Shown: positions 24,401-36,400 of the stretch, piece by piece
Layout: every line of letters starts with the position of its first letter
Position numbering within the stretch: position 1 is the stretch's first letter
NCBI GenBank assembly: GCA_963920595.1
Contig: OY986948.1
Coordinates: 5,208,001-5,272,000 of the forward strand
Length of the DNA stretch: 64,000 nt
Origin: Eimeria praecox
Lineage: Eukaryota
Direction: 5' to 3'
Translations under genes and position numbers: made by a program
Notes under the pieces: generated by a model
Seen by the model: the letters and a program-made list of their open reading frames with translations, nothing else
What the model was told of the DNA's origin: nothing
Database searches by the model: none

Positions 24401-27400
24401 CTGGGGACAGTGAGGGTTGGAGAAGTTGTTATGCCGTTGTTTGAGGTGTGTGTTCAGGAGCAGCAAGTGGGTTTGGTGATGAGCAAGGACTAGGATACAT
24501 TCCGGGTGGTTTGTGTTTGATGGTTTGTGTATGGTGGGGGTGTTGGAAGTTGGGTGGATGTTTGCTGGATGTTGGAAGCTTTAGGACTGTGTTGCGTTAT
24601 GTCAGCTCTAGCACATGGATTGGTTTGTGGCTGGAGCGGTGGGTTCTGGTGTGGGAAGGGTTTGAGTGGAGTTGGGTATTGGTGGTGGCGAATAATGTTG
24701 TAGTGTATGCGTTGGATGTAGTGTGGGGAGGCTTGAGGGCGTGTAGGGTGAAGAGTAGAGCGTGATAGTATATGATGAGTGTCAGTGATTTGATTGTGCT
24801 GTTGTTTGGATGGGGAATGGGCTGGGGACAGTGAGGGTTGGAGAAGTTGTTATGTCGTTGTTTGAGGTGTGTGTTCAGGGGCAGCAAGTGGGTTTGGTGA
24901 TGAGCAAGGACTAGGATACATTCCGGGTGGTTTGTGTTTGATGGTTTGTGTATGGTGGGGATGTTTGAAGTTGGGTGGATGTTTGCTGGGTGTTAGATGT
25001 TTTAGATGTGTGTTGCGTTATGTCAGCTCTAGCACATGGATTGGTTTGTGGCTGGAGCGGTGGGTTCTGGTGTGGGAAGTGTTTGAGTGGAGTTGGGTAT
25101 TGGTGGTGGCGAATAATGTTGTATTGTATGCGTTGGATGCAGTGTGGGAAGGCTTGAGGGCGTGTAGGGTGAAGAGTAGAGCGTGATAGTATATGATGAG
25201 TGTCAGTGATTTGATTGCGCTGTTGTTTGGATGGGGAATGGGCTGGGGACAGTGAGGGTTGGAGAAGTTGTTATGCCGTTGTTTGAGGTGTGTGTTCAGG
25301 GGCAGCAAGTGGGTTTGGTGATGAGCAGGGACTAGGATACATTCCGGGTGGTTTGTGTTTGATGGTTTGTGTCTGGTGGGGATGTTGGAAGTTGGGTGGA
25401 CGTTTGCTGGGTGTTGGATGGTTTAGATTTGTGTTGCGTTATGTCAGCTCTAGCGCATGGATTGGTTTGTGGCTAGAGCGGTGGGTTCTGGTGTGGGAAG
25501 TGTTTGAGTGGAGTTGGGTATTGGTGGTGGCGAATAATGTTGTATTGTATGCGTTGGATGCAGTGTGGGAAGGCTTGAGGGCGTGTAGGGTGAAGAGTAG
25601 AGCGTGATAGTATATGATGAGTGTCAGTGATTTGATTGTGCTGTTGTTTGGATGGGGAATGGGCTGGGGACAGTGAGGGTTGGAGAAGTTGTTATGTCGT
25701 TGTTTGAGGTGTGTGTTCAGGGGCAGCAAGTGGGTTTGGTGATGAGCAAGGACTAGGATACATTCCGGGTGGTTTGTGTTTGATGGTTTGTGTATGGTGG
25801 GGATGTTTGAAGTTGGGTGGATGTTTGCTGGGTGTTAGATGTTTTAGATGTGTGTTGCGTTATGTCAGCTCTAGCACATGGATTGGTTTGTGGCTGGAGC
25901 GGTGGGTTCTGGTGTGGGAAGTGTTTGAGTGGAGTTGGGTATTGGTGGTGGCGAATAATGTTGTATTGTATGCGTTGGATGCAGTGTGGGAAGGCTTGAG
26001 GGCGTGTAGGGTGAAGAGTAGAGCGTGATAGTATATGATGAGTGTCAGTGATTTGATTGCGCTGTTGTTTGGATGGGGAATGGGCTGGGGACAGTGAGGG
26101 TTGGAGAAGTTGTTATGTCGTTGTTTGAGGTGTGTGTTCAGGGGCAGCAAGTGGGTTTGGTGATGAGCAGGGACTAGGATACATTCCGGGTGGTTTGTGT
26201 TTGATGGTTTGTGTCTGGTGGGGATGTTGGAAGTTGGGTGGACGTTTGCTGGGTGTTGGATGGTTTAGATTTGTGTTGCGTTATGTCAGCTCTAGCGCAT
26301 GGATTGGTTTGTGGCTAGAGCGGTGGGTTCTGGTGTGGGAAGTGTTTGAGTGGAGTTGGGTATTGGTGGTGGCGAATAATGTTGTATTGTATGCGTTGGA
26401 TGCAGTGTGGGAAGGCTTGAGGGCGTGTAGGGTGAAGAGTAGAGCGTGAGAGTATATGATGAGTGTCAGTGATTTGATTGCGCTGTTGTTTGGATGGGGA
26501 ATAGGCTGGGGACAGTGAGGGTTGGAGAAGTTGTTATGTCGTTGTTTGAGGTGTGTGTTCAGGAGCAGCAAGTGGGTTTGGTGATGAGCAAGGACTAGGA
26601 TACATTCCGGGTGGTTTGTGTTTGATGGTTTGTGTCTGGTGGGGATGTTGGAAGTTGGGTGGATGTTTGCTGGGTGTTGGATGGTTTAGATTTGTGTTGC
26701 GTTATGTCAGCTCTAGCACATGGATTGGTTTGTGGCTGGAGCGGTGGGTTCTGGTGTGGGAAGTGTTTGAGTGGAGTTGGGTATTGGTGGTGGCGAATAA
26801 TGTTGTTGTGTATGCGTTGGATGTAGTGTGGGGAGGCTTGGGGGCGTGTAGGGTGAAGAGTAGAGCGTGAGAGTATATGATGAGTGTCAGTGATTTGATT
26901 GCGCTGTTGTTTGGATGGGGAATGGGCTGGGGACAGTGAGGGTTGGAGAAGTTGTTATGTCGTTGTTTGAGGTGTGTGTTCAGGGGCAGCAAGTGGGTTT
27001 GGTGATGAGCAAGGACTAGGATACATTCCGGGTGGTTTGTGTTTGATGGTTTGTGTATGGTGGGGGATGTTTGAAGTTTTGTGGATGTTTGCTGGGTGTT
27101 GGATGGTTTAGATTTGTGTAGCGTTATGTCAGCTCTAGCACATGGATTGGTTTGTGGCTGGAGCGGTGGGTTCTGGTGTGGGAAGTGTTTGAGTGGAGTT
27201 GGGTATTGGTGGTGGCGAATAATGTTGTATTGTATGCGTTGGATGCAGTGTGGGAAGGCTTGAGGGCGTGTAGGGTGAAGAGTAGAGCGTGATAGTATAT
27301 GATGAGTGTCAGTGATTTGATTGCGCTGTTGTTTGGATGGGGAATGGGCTGGGGACAGTGAGGGTTGGAGAAGTTGTTATGTCGTTGTTTGAGGTGTGTG

Positions 27401-30400
27401 TTCAGGGGCAGCAAGTGGGTTTGGTGATGAGCAGGGACTAGGATACATTCCGGGTGGTTTGTGTTTGATGGTTTGTGTCTGGTGGGGATGTTGGAAGTTG
27501 GGTGGACGTTTGCTGGGTGTTGGATGGTTTAGATTTGTGTTGCGTTATGTCAGCTCTAGCACATGGATTGGTTTGTGGCTAGAGCGATGGATGCTGGTGT
27601 GGGAAGTGTTTGAGTGGAGTTGGGTATTGGTGGTGGCGAATAATGCGGTTGTGTATGCGTTGGATGCAGTTTGGGGAGGCTTGAGGGCGTGTAGGGTGAA
27701 GAGTAGAGCGTGATAGTATATGATGAGTGTCAGTGATTTGATTGTGCTGTTGTTTGGATGGGCGAGGGGCTGCGGACAGCGAGGGTTGAAGAAGTTGTTA
27801 TGTCGTTGTTTGAGGTGTGTGTTCAGGAGCAGCAAGTGGGTTTGGTGATGAGCAGGGACTAGGATACATTCCGGGTGGTTTGTGTTTGATGGTTTGTGTC
27901 TGGTGGGGATGTTGGAAGTTGGGTGGATGTTTGCTGGATGTTGGAAGCTTTAGGACTGTGTTGCGTTATGTCAGCTCTAGCACATGGATTGGTTTGTGGC
28001 TGGAGCGGTGGGTTCTGGTGTGGGAAGTGTTTGAGTGGAGTTGGGTATTGGTGGTGGCGAATAATGTTGTAGTGTATGCGTTGGATGCAGGGTGGGGAGG
28101 CTTGAGGGCGTGTAGGGTGAAGAGTAGAGCGTGAGAGTATATGATGAGTGTCAGTGATTTGATTGTGCTGTTGTTTGGATGGGGAATGGGCTGGGAACAG
28201 TGAGGGTTGGAGAAGTTGTTATGCCGTTGTTTGAGGTGTGTGTTCAGGAGCAGCAAGTGGGTTTGGTGATGAGCAAGGACTAGGATACATTCCGGGTGGT
28301 TTGTGTTTGATGGTTTGTGTATGGTGGGGGTGTTGGAAGTTGGGTGGATGTTTGCTGGATGTCGGAAGCTTTAGGACTGTGTTGCGTTATGTCAGCTCTA
28401 GCACATGGATTGGTTTGTGGCTGGAGCGGTGGGTTCTGGTGTGGGAAGGGTTTGAGTGGAGTTGGGTATTGGTGGTGGCGAATAATGTTGTAGTGTATGC
28501 GTTGGATGTAGTGTGGGGAGGCTTGAGGGCGTGTAGGGTGAAGAGTAGAGCGTGATAGTATATGATGAGTGTCAGTGATTTGATTGTGCTGTTGTTTGGA
28601 TGGGGAATGGGCTGGGGACAGTGAGGGTTGGAGAAGTTGTTATGTCGTTGTTTGAGGTGTGTGTTCAGGGGCAGCAAGTGGGTTTGGTGATGAGCAAGGA
28701 CTAGGATACATACCGGGTGGTTTGTGTTTGATGGTTTGTGTATGGTGGGGATGTTTGAAGTTGGGTGGATGTTTGCTGGGTGTTAGATGTTTTAGATGTG
28801 TGTTGCGTTATGTCAGCTCTAGCACATGGATTGGTTTGTGGCTGGAGCGGTGGGTTCTGGTGTGGGAAGTGTTTGAGTGGAGTTGGGTATTGGTGGTGGC
28901 GAATAATGTTGTATTGTATGCGTTGGATGCAGTGTGGGAAGGCTTGAGGGCGTGTAGGGTGAAGAGTAGAGCGTGATAGTATATGATGAGTGTCAGTGAT
29001 TTGATTGCGCTGTTGTTTGGATGGGGAATGGGCTGGGGACAGTGAGGGTTGGAGAAGTTGTTATGCCGTTGTTTGAGGTGTGTGTTCAGGGGCAGCAAGT
29101 GGGTTTGGTGATGAGCAGGGACTAGGATACATTCCGGGTGGTTTGTGTTTGATGGTTTGTGTCTGGTGGGGATGTTGGAAGTTGGGTGGACGTTTGCTGG
29201 GTGTTGGATGGTTTAGATTTGTGTTGCGTTATGTCAGCTCTAGCGCATGGATTGGTTTGTGGCTAGAGCGGTGGGTTCTGGTGTGGGAAGTGTTTGAGTG
29301 GAGTTGGGTATTGGTGGTGGCGAATAATGTTGTAGTGTATGCGTTGGATGTAGTGTGGGGAGGCTTGAGGGCGTGCAGGGTGAAGAGTAGAGCGTGATAG
29401 TATATGATGAGTGTCAGTGATTTGATTGCGCTGTTGTTTGGATGGGCGAGGGGCTGCGGACAGCGAGGGTTGGAAAAGTTGTTATGTCGTTGTTTGAGGT
29501 GTGTGTTCAGGAGCAGCAAGTGGGTTTGGTGATGAGCAGGGACTAGGATACATTCCGGGTGGTTTGTGTTTGATGGTTTGTGTCTGGTGGGGATGTTGGA
29601 AGTTGGGTGGATGTTTGCTGGATGTTGGAAGCTTTAGGACTGTGTTGCGTTATGTCAGCTCTAGCACATGGATTGGTTTGTGGCTGGAGCGGTGGGTTCT
29701 GGTGTGGGAAGTGTTTGAGTGGAGTTGGGTATTGGTGGTGGCGAATAATGTTGTAGTGTATGCGTTGGATGCAGGGTGGGGAGGCTTGAGGGCGTGTAGG
29801 GTGAAGAGTAGAGCGTGAGAGTATATGATGAGTGTCAGTGATTTGATTGTGCTGTTGTTTGGATGGGGAATGGGCTGGGAACAGTGAGGGTTGGAGAAGT
29901 TGTTATGCCGTTGTTTGAGGTGTGTGTTCAGGAGCAGCAAGTGGGTTTGGTGATGAGCAAGGACTAGGATACATTCCGGGTGGTTTGTGTTTGATGGTTT
30001 GTGTATGGTGGGGGTGTTGGAAGTTGGGTGGATGTTTGCTGGATGTTGGAAGCTTTAGGACTGTGTTGCGTTATGTCAGCTCTAGCACATGGATTGGTTT
30101 GTGGCTGGAGCGGTGGGTTCTGGTGTGGGAAGGGTTTGAGTGGAGTTGGGTATTGGTGGTGGCGAATAATGTTGTAGTGTATGCGTTGGATGTAGTGTGG
30201 GGAGGCTTGAGGGCGTGTAGGGTGAAGAGTAGAGCGTGATAGTATATGATGAGTGTCAGTGATTTGATTGTGCTGTTGTTTGGATGGGGAATGGGCTGGG
30301 GACAGTGAGGGTTGGAGAAGTTGTTATGCCGTTGTTTGAGGTGTGTGTTCAGGGGCAGCAAGTGGGTTTGGTGATGAGCAAGGACTAGGATACATACCGG

Positions 30401-33400
30401 GTGGTTTGTGTTTGATGGTTTGTGTATGGTGGGGATGTTTGAAGTTGGGTGGATGTTTGCTGGGTGTTAGATGTTTTAGATGTGTGTTGCGTTATGTCAG
30501 CTCTAGCACATGGATTGGTTTGTGGCTGGAGCTGTGGGTTCTGGTGTGGGAAGTGTTTGAGTGGAGTTGGGTATTGGTGGTGGCGAATAATGTTGTATTG
30601 TATGCGTTGGATGCAGTGTGGGAAGGCTTGAGGGCGTGTAGGGTGAAGAGTAGAGCGTGAGAGTATATGATGAGTGTCAGTGATTTGATTGCGCTGTTGT
30701 TTGGATGGGGAATGGGCTGGGGACAGTGAGGGTTGGAGAAGTTGTTATGTCGTTGTTTGAGGTGTGTGTTCAGGGGCAGCAAGTGGGTTTGGTGATGAGC
30801 AGGGACTAGGATACATTCCGGGTGGTTTGTGTTTGATGGTTTGTGTCTGGTGGGGATGTTGGAAGTTGGGTGGACGTTTGCTGGGTGTTGGATGGTTTAG
30901 ATTTGTGTTGCGTTATGTCAGCTCTAGCGCATGGATTGGTTTGTGGCTAGAGCGGTGGGTTCTGGTGTGGGAAGTGTTTGAGTGGAGTTGGGTATTGGTG
31001 GTGGCGAATAATGTTGTATTGTATGCGTTGGATGCAGTGTGGGAAGGCTTGAGGGCGTGTAGGGTGAAGAGTAGAGCGTGAGAGTATATGATGAGTGTCA
31101 GTGATTTGATTGCGCTGTTGTTTGGATGGGGAATAGGCTGGGGACAGTGAGGGTTGGAGAAGTTGTTATGTCGTTGTTTGAGGTGTGTGTTCAGGAGCAG
31201 CAAGTGGGTTTGGTGATGAGCAAGGACTAGGATACATTCCGGGTGGTTTGTGTTTGATGGTTTGTGTATGGTGGGGATGTTGGAAGTTGGGTGGATGTTT
31301 GCTGGGTGTTGGATGGTTTAGATTTGTGTAGCGTTATGTCAGCTCTAGCACATGGAGTGGTTTGTGGCTGGAGGGGTGGGTGCTGGTGTGGGAAGTGTTT
31401 GAGTGGAGTTGGGTATTGGTGGTGGCGAATAATGTTGTAGTGTATGCGTTGGATGCAGTGTGGGGAGGCTTGAGGGCGTGCAGGGTGAAGAGTAGAGCGT
31501 GAGAGTATATGAGGAGTGTCAGTGATTTGATTGCGCTGTTGTTTGGATGGGGAATGGGCTGGGGACAGTGACGGTTGGAGAAGTTGTTATGTCGTTGTTT
31601 GAGGTGTGTGTTCAGCAGCAGCAAGTGGGTTTGGTGATGAGCAAGGACTAGGATACATTCCGGGTGGTTTGTGTTTGATGGTTTGTGTCTGGTGGGGGAT
31701 GTTGGAAGTTGGGTGGATGTTTGCTGGGTGTTGGGTGGTTTAGATGTGTGTTGCGTTATGCCAGCTCTAGCACATGGAGTGGTTTGTGGCTAGAGCGATG
31801 GATGCTGGTGTGGGAAGTGTTTGAGTGGAGTTGGGTATTGGTGGTGGCGAATAATGTTGTAGTGTATGCGTTGGATGCAGTTTGGGGAGGCTTGAGGGCG
31901 TGTAGGGTGAAGAGTAGAGCGTGATAGTATATGATGAGTGTCAGTGATTTGATTGGGCTGTTGTTTGGATGGGGAATAGGCAGGGGACAGTGAGGGTTGG
32001 AGAAGTTGTTATGCCGTTGTTTGAGGTGTGTGTTCAGGGGCAGCAAGTGGGTTTGGTGATGAGCAAGGACTAGGATACATTCCGGGTGGTTTGTGTTTGA
32101 TGGTTTGTGTATGGTGGGGGATGTTGGAAGTTGGGTGGATGTTTGCTGGGTGTTGGATGGTTTAGATTTGTGTAGCGTTATGTCAGCTCTAGCACATGGA
32201 GTGGTTTGTGGCTGGAGGGGTGGGTGCTGGTGTGGGAAGTGTTTGAGTGGAGTTGGGTATTGGTGGTGGCGAATAATGTTGTATTGTATGCGTTGGATGT
32301 AGTGTGGGGAGGCTTGAGGGCGTGCAGGGTGAAGAGTAGAGCGTGATAGTATATGATGAGTGTCAGTGATTTGATTGCGCTGTTGTTAGGATGGGGAATG
32401 GGCTGGGGACAGTGTTTGTTGGAGAAGTTGTTATGCCGTTGTTTGAGGTGTGTGTTCAGGGGCAGCAAGTGGGTTTGGTGATGAGCAAGGACTAGGATAC
32501 ATTCCGGGTGGTTTGTGTTTGATGGTTTGTGTATGGTGGGGATGTTGGAAGTTGGGTGGATGTTTGCTGGGTGTTAGATGTTTTAGATGTGTGTTGCGTT
32601 ATGTCAGCTCTAGCACATGGATTGGTTTGTGGCTGGAGGGGTGGGTGCTGGTGTGGGAAGTGTTTGAGTGGAGTTGGGTATTGGTGGTGGCGAATAATGT
32701 TGTATTGTATGCGTTGGATGTAGTGTGGGGAGGCTTGAGGGCGTGCAGGGTGAAGAGTAGAGCGTGATAGTATATGATGAGTGTCAGTGATTTGATTGCG
32801 CTGTTGTTAGGATGGGGAATGGGCTGGGGACAGTGTTTGTTGGAGAAGTTGTTATGCCGTTGTTTGAGGTGTGTGTTCAGGGGCAGCAAGTGGGTTTGGT
32901 GATGAGCAAGGACTAGGATACATTCCGGGTGGTTTGTGTTTGATGGTTTGTGTATGGTGGGGATGTTGGAAGTTGGGTGGATGTTTGCTGGGTGTTAGAT
33001 GTTTTAGATGTGTGTTGCGTTATGTCAGCTCTAGCACATGGATTGGTTTGTGGCTGGAGCGGTGGGTTCTGGTGTGGGAAGTGTTTGAGTGGAGTTGGGT
33101 ATTGGTGGTGGCGAATAATGTTGTATTGTATGCGTTGGATGTAGTGTGGGGAGGCTTGAGGGCGTGCAGGGTGAAGAGTAGAGCGTGATAGTATATGATG
33201 AGTGTCAGTGATTTGATTGCGCTGTTGTTTAGATGGGAGAGGAGCTGCGCACAGTGTTTGTTGGAGAAGTTGTTATGCCGTTGTTTGAGGTGTGTGTTCA
33301 GGAGCAGCAAGTGGGTTTGGTGATGAGCAAGGACTAGGATACATTCCGGGTGGTTTGTGTTTGATGGTTTGTGTATGGTGGGGATGTTGGAAGTTGGGTG

Positions 33401-36400
33401 GATGTTTGCTGGGTGTTGGATGGTTTAGATTTGTGTTGCGTTATGTCAGCTCTAGCACATGGAGTGGTTTGTGGCTGGAGGGGTGGGTTCTGGTGTGGGA
33501 AGTGTTTGAGTGGAGTTGGGTATTGGTGGTGGCGAATAATGTTGTATTGTATGCGTTGGATGTAGTGTGGGGAGGCTTGAGGGCGTGCAGGGTGAAGAGT
33601 AGAGCGTGATAGTGTATGAAGAGTGTCAGTGATTTGATTGGGCTATTGTTTAGATGGGGAATGGGCTGGGGACAGTGATTGTTGGAGAAGTTGTTATGTC
33701 GTTGTTTGAGGTGTGTGTTCAGGAGCAGCAAGTGGGTTTGGTGATGAGCAAGGACTAGGATACATTCCGGGTGGTTTGTGTTTGATGGTTTGTGTATGGT
33801 GGGGGATGTTTGAAGTTGGGTGGATGTTTGCTGGGTGTTGGATGGTTTAGATTTGTGTAGCGTTACGTCAGCTCTAGCACATGGAGTGGTTTGTGGCTGG
33901 AGGGGTGGGTGCTGGTGTGGGAAGTGTTTGAGTGGAGTTGGGTATTGGTGGTGGCGAATAATGTTGTATTGTATGCGTTGGATGTAGTGTGGGGAGGCTT
34001 GAGGGCGTGCAGGGTGAAGAGTAGAGCGTGATAGTATATGATGAGTGTCAGTGGTTTGATTGGGCTGTTGTTTGGATGGGTAATGGGCTGGGGAAAGTGT
34101 TTGTTGGAGAAGTTGTTATGCCGTTGTTTGAGGTGTGTGTTCAGGGGCAGCAAGTGGGTTTGGTGATGAGCAAGGACTAGGATACATTCCGGGTGGTTTG
34201 TGTTTGATGGTTTGTGTCTGGTGGGGATGTTGGAAGTTGGGTGGATGTTTGCTGGGTGTTAGATGTTTTAGATGTGTGTTGCGTTATGTCAGCTCTAGCA
34301 CCTGGAGTGGTTTGTGGCTGGAGCGGTGGGTTCTGGTGTGGGAAGTGTTTGAGTGGAGTTGGGTATTGGTGGTGGCGAATAATGTTGTATTGTATGCGTT
34401 GGATGTAGTGTGGGGAGGCTTGAGGGCGTGCAGGGTGAAGAGTAGAGCGTGATAGTATATGATGAGTGTCAGTGGTTTGATTGCGCTGTTGTTTAGATGG
34501 GGAATGGGCTGGGGACAGTGATTGTTGGAGAAGTTGTTATGCCGTTGTTTGAGGTGTGTGTTCAGGGGCAGCAAGTGGGTTTGGTGATGAGCAAGGACTA
34601 GGATACATTTCGGGTGGTTTGTGTTTGATGGTTTGTGTATGGTGGGGATGTTGGAAGTTGGGTGGATGTTTGCTGGGTGTTGGGTGGTTTAGATTTGTGT
34701 TGCGTTATGTCAGCTCTAGCACATGGAGTGGTTTGTGGCTAGAGCGATGGATGCTGGTGTGGGAAGTGTTTGAGTGGAGTTGGGTATTGGTGGTGGCGAA
34801 TAATGCGGTTGTGTATGCGTTGGATGCAGTGTGGGGAGGCTTGAGGGCGTGTAGGGTGAAGAGTAGAGCGTGAGAGTATATGATGAGTGTCAGTGATTTG
34901 ATTGTGCTGTTGTTTGGATGGGTGAGGGGCTGGGGACAGCGAGGGTTGGAGAAGTTGTTATGTCGTTGTTTGAGGTGTGTGTTCAGGGGCAGCAAGTGGG
35001 TTTGGTGATGAGCAAGGACTAGGATACATTCCGGGTGGTTTGTGTTTGATGGTTTGTGTATGGTGGGGATGTTGGAAGTTGGGTGGATGTTTGCTGGGTG
35101 TTGGATGGTTTAGATTTGTGTTGCGTTATGTCAGCTCTAGCACATGGAGTGGTTTGTGGCTGGAGCGATGGATGCTGGTGTGGGAAGTGTTTGAGTGGAG
35201 TTGGGTATTGGTGGTGGCGAATAATGTTGTATTGTATGCGTTGGATGTAGTGTGGGGAGGCTTGAGGGCGTGCAGGGTGAAGAGTAGAGCGTGAGAGTAT
35301 ATGATGAGTGTCAGTGATTTGATTGCGCTGTTGTTAGGATGGGGAATGGGCTGGGGACAGCGAGGGTTGGAGAAGTTGTTATGTCGTTGTTTGAGGTGTG
35401 TGTTCAGGGGCAGCAAGTGGGTTTGTTTGGTGATGAGCAAGGACTAGGATACATTCCGGGTGGTTTGTGTTTGATGGTTTGTGTATAGTGGGGGATGTTG
35501 GAAGTTGGGTGGATGTTTGCTGGGTGTTGGATGGTTTAGATTTGTGTTGCGTTATGTCAGCTCTAGCACATGGATTGGTTTGTGGCTGGAGGGGTGGGTG
35601 CTGGTGTGGGAAGGGTTTGAGTGGAGTTGGGTATTGGTGGTGGCGAATAATGTTGTATTGTATGCGTTGGATGCAGGGTGGGAAGGCTTGAGGGCGTGTA
35701 GGGTGAAGAGTAGAGCGTGATAGTATATGATGAGTGTCAGTGATTTGATTGCGCTGTTGTTTGGATGGGGAATGGGCTGGGGACAGTGAGGGTTGGAGAA
35801 GTTGTTATGTCGTTGTTTGGGGTGTGTGTTCAGCAGCAGCAAGTGGGTTTGGTGATGAGCAAGGACTAGGATACATTTCGGGTGGTTTGTGTTTGATGGT
35901 TTGTGTATGGTGGGGATGTTGGAAGTTGGGTGGATGCTTGCTGGGTGTTGGATGGTTTAGATTTGTGTTGCGTTATGTCAGCTCTAGCACATGGATTGGT
36001 TTGTGGCTGGAGCGATGGATGCTGGTGTGGGAAGTGTTTGAGTGGAGTTGGGTATTGGTGGTGGCGAATAATGTTGTATTGTATGCATTGGATGTAGTGT
36101 GGGGAGGCTTGAGGGCGTGCAGGGTGAAGAGTAGAGCGTGATAGTATATGATGAGTGTCAGTGATTTGATTGGGCTGTTGTTTAGATGAGGAATGGGCTG
36201 GGGACCGTGAGGGTTGGAGAAGTTGTTATGTCGTTGTTTGAGGTGTGTGTTCAGGAGCAGCAAGTGGGTTTGGCGATGAGCAAGGACTAGGATACATTTC
36301 GGGTGGTTTGTGTTTGATGGTTTGTGTATGGTGGGGATGTTGGAAGTTGGGTGGATGTTTGCTGGGTGTTGGATGGTTTAGATTTGTGTTGCGTTATGTC

